A stretch of 64,000 nt of DNA, from NCBI GenBank assembly GCA_964035545.1, contig OZ037767.1:1375680-1439679 (forward strand). Reading direction: 5' to 3'. The DNA is from Bugula neritina (taxonomy: Eukaryota > Animalia > Bryozoa). Shown one piece after another: positions 63,735 to 64,000 of this stretch (within the stretch, counting starts at the first letter, position 1; each line of letters opens with the position of its first letter). The translations under genes and the position numbers were made by a program. Under the pieces are notes generated by a model, which worked only from the letters and a program-made list of their open reading frames with translations, was not told the DNA's origin and made no database searches.

Positions 63735-63928
63735 AACATATACAATGTAGAGAGTAACATATACATATACAATGTAGAGAGTAACATATACATATACAAT
63801 GTAGAGTGTAACATATACATATACAATGTAGAGAGTAACATATACATATACAATGTAGAGAGTAACATATACATATACAATGTAGAGTGTAACATATACA
63901 ATGTAGAGAGTAACATATACATATACAA
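63735..63928. repeat. 27/21-bp minisatellite abutting a RyR acceptor
   Basis: AACATATAC(ATATAC)AATGTAGAG(A/T)GT units ending ~10 nt from the AG at 63725-63724. Confidence 0.9.
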
Positions 63929-64000
63929 TACTGAGCGTACACTAGTTTATACTCACTTTGATTTGTGGTTTCTCCCACTGATTGATATGGCTCTGTGTAA

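Noticed and set aside
63604-63978. Cys-rich (CICICYSLH)n ORF continuous with a RyR exon
   Set aside because: Intronic 27/21-bp repeat; a normal acceptor at 63725-63724 starts the conserved exon, and known RyRs have no such insert.

Overview
AT-rich, intron-dense animal genomic DNA. It is probably an invertebrate, inferred from the divergent orthologues and short introns. Gene order: 3' two-thirds of Drosha (+, 451-8286); a non-NMDA ionotropic glutamate receptor (-, ~11304-19999); LRRC59 (+, 22052-27656); a complete PRDM9-type gene with aKRAB, SSXRD, Zn knuckle, PR/SET and a C2H2 array (+, 29724-34331); a tandem array of PRDM9-derived copies (+, 38515-57565); and the 3' end of a ryanodine receptor (-, 58360-63723, continuing beyond the window). 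The main finding is the PRDM9-derived array. Each copy has lost the SSXRD, zinc-knuckle and PR/SET exons but still splices in frame from KRAB to its own zinc-finger array (4, 5 and 12 fingers), so these look like KRAB-zinc-finger genes newly born from PRDM9. The duplication units also carry a fragment of the RyR 3' end and a CCAAT-rich upstream region not seen before the parent gene. The second finding is that many introns carry their own minisatellites seeded at or spanning splice sites. The extreme case is 49 in-frame copies of a 33-bp exon-end plus splice-donor unit in LRRC59. Four MITE-like insertions are present, two of them confirmed by empty sites in paralogous copies. Exon models were traced by hand from GT-AG signals, reading-frame continuity and recalled similarity to known proteins; no database searches were run.
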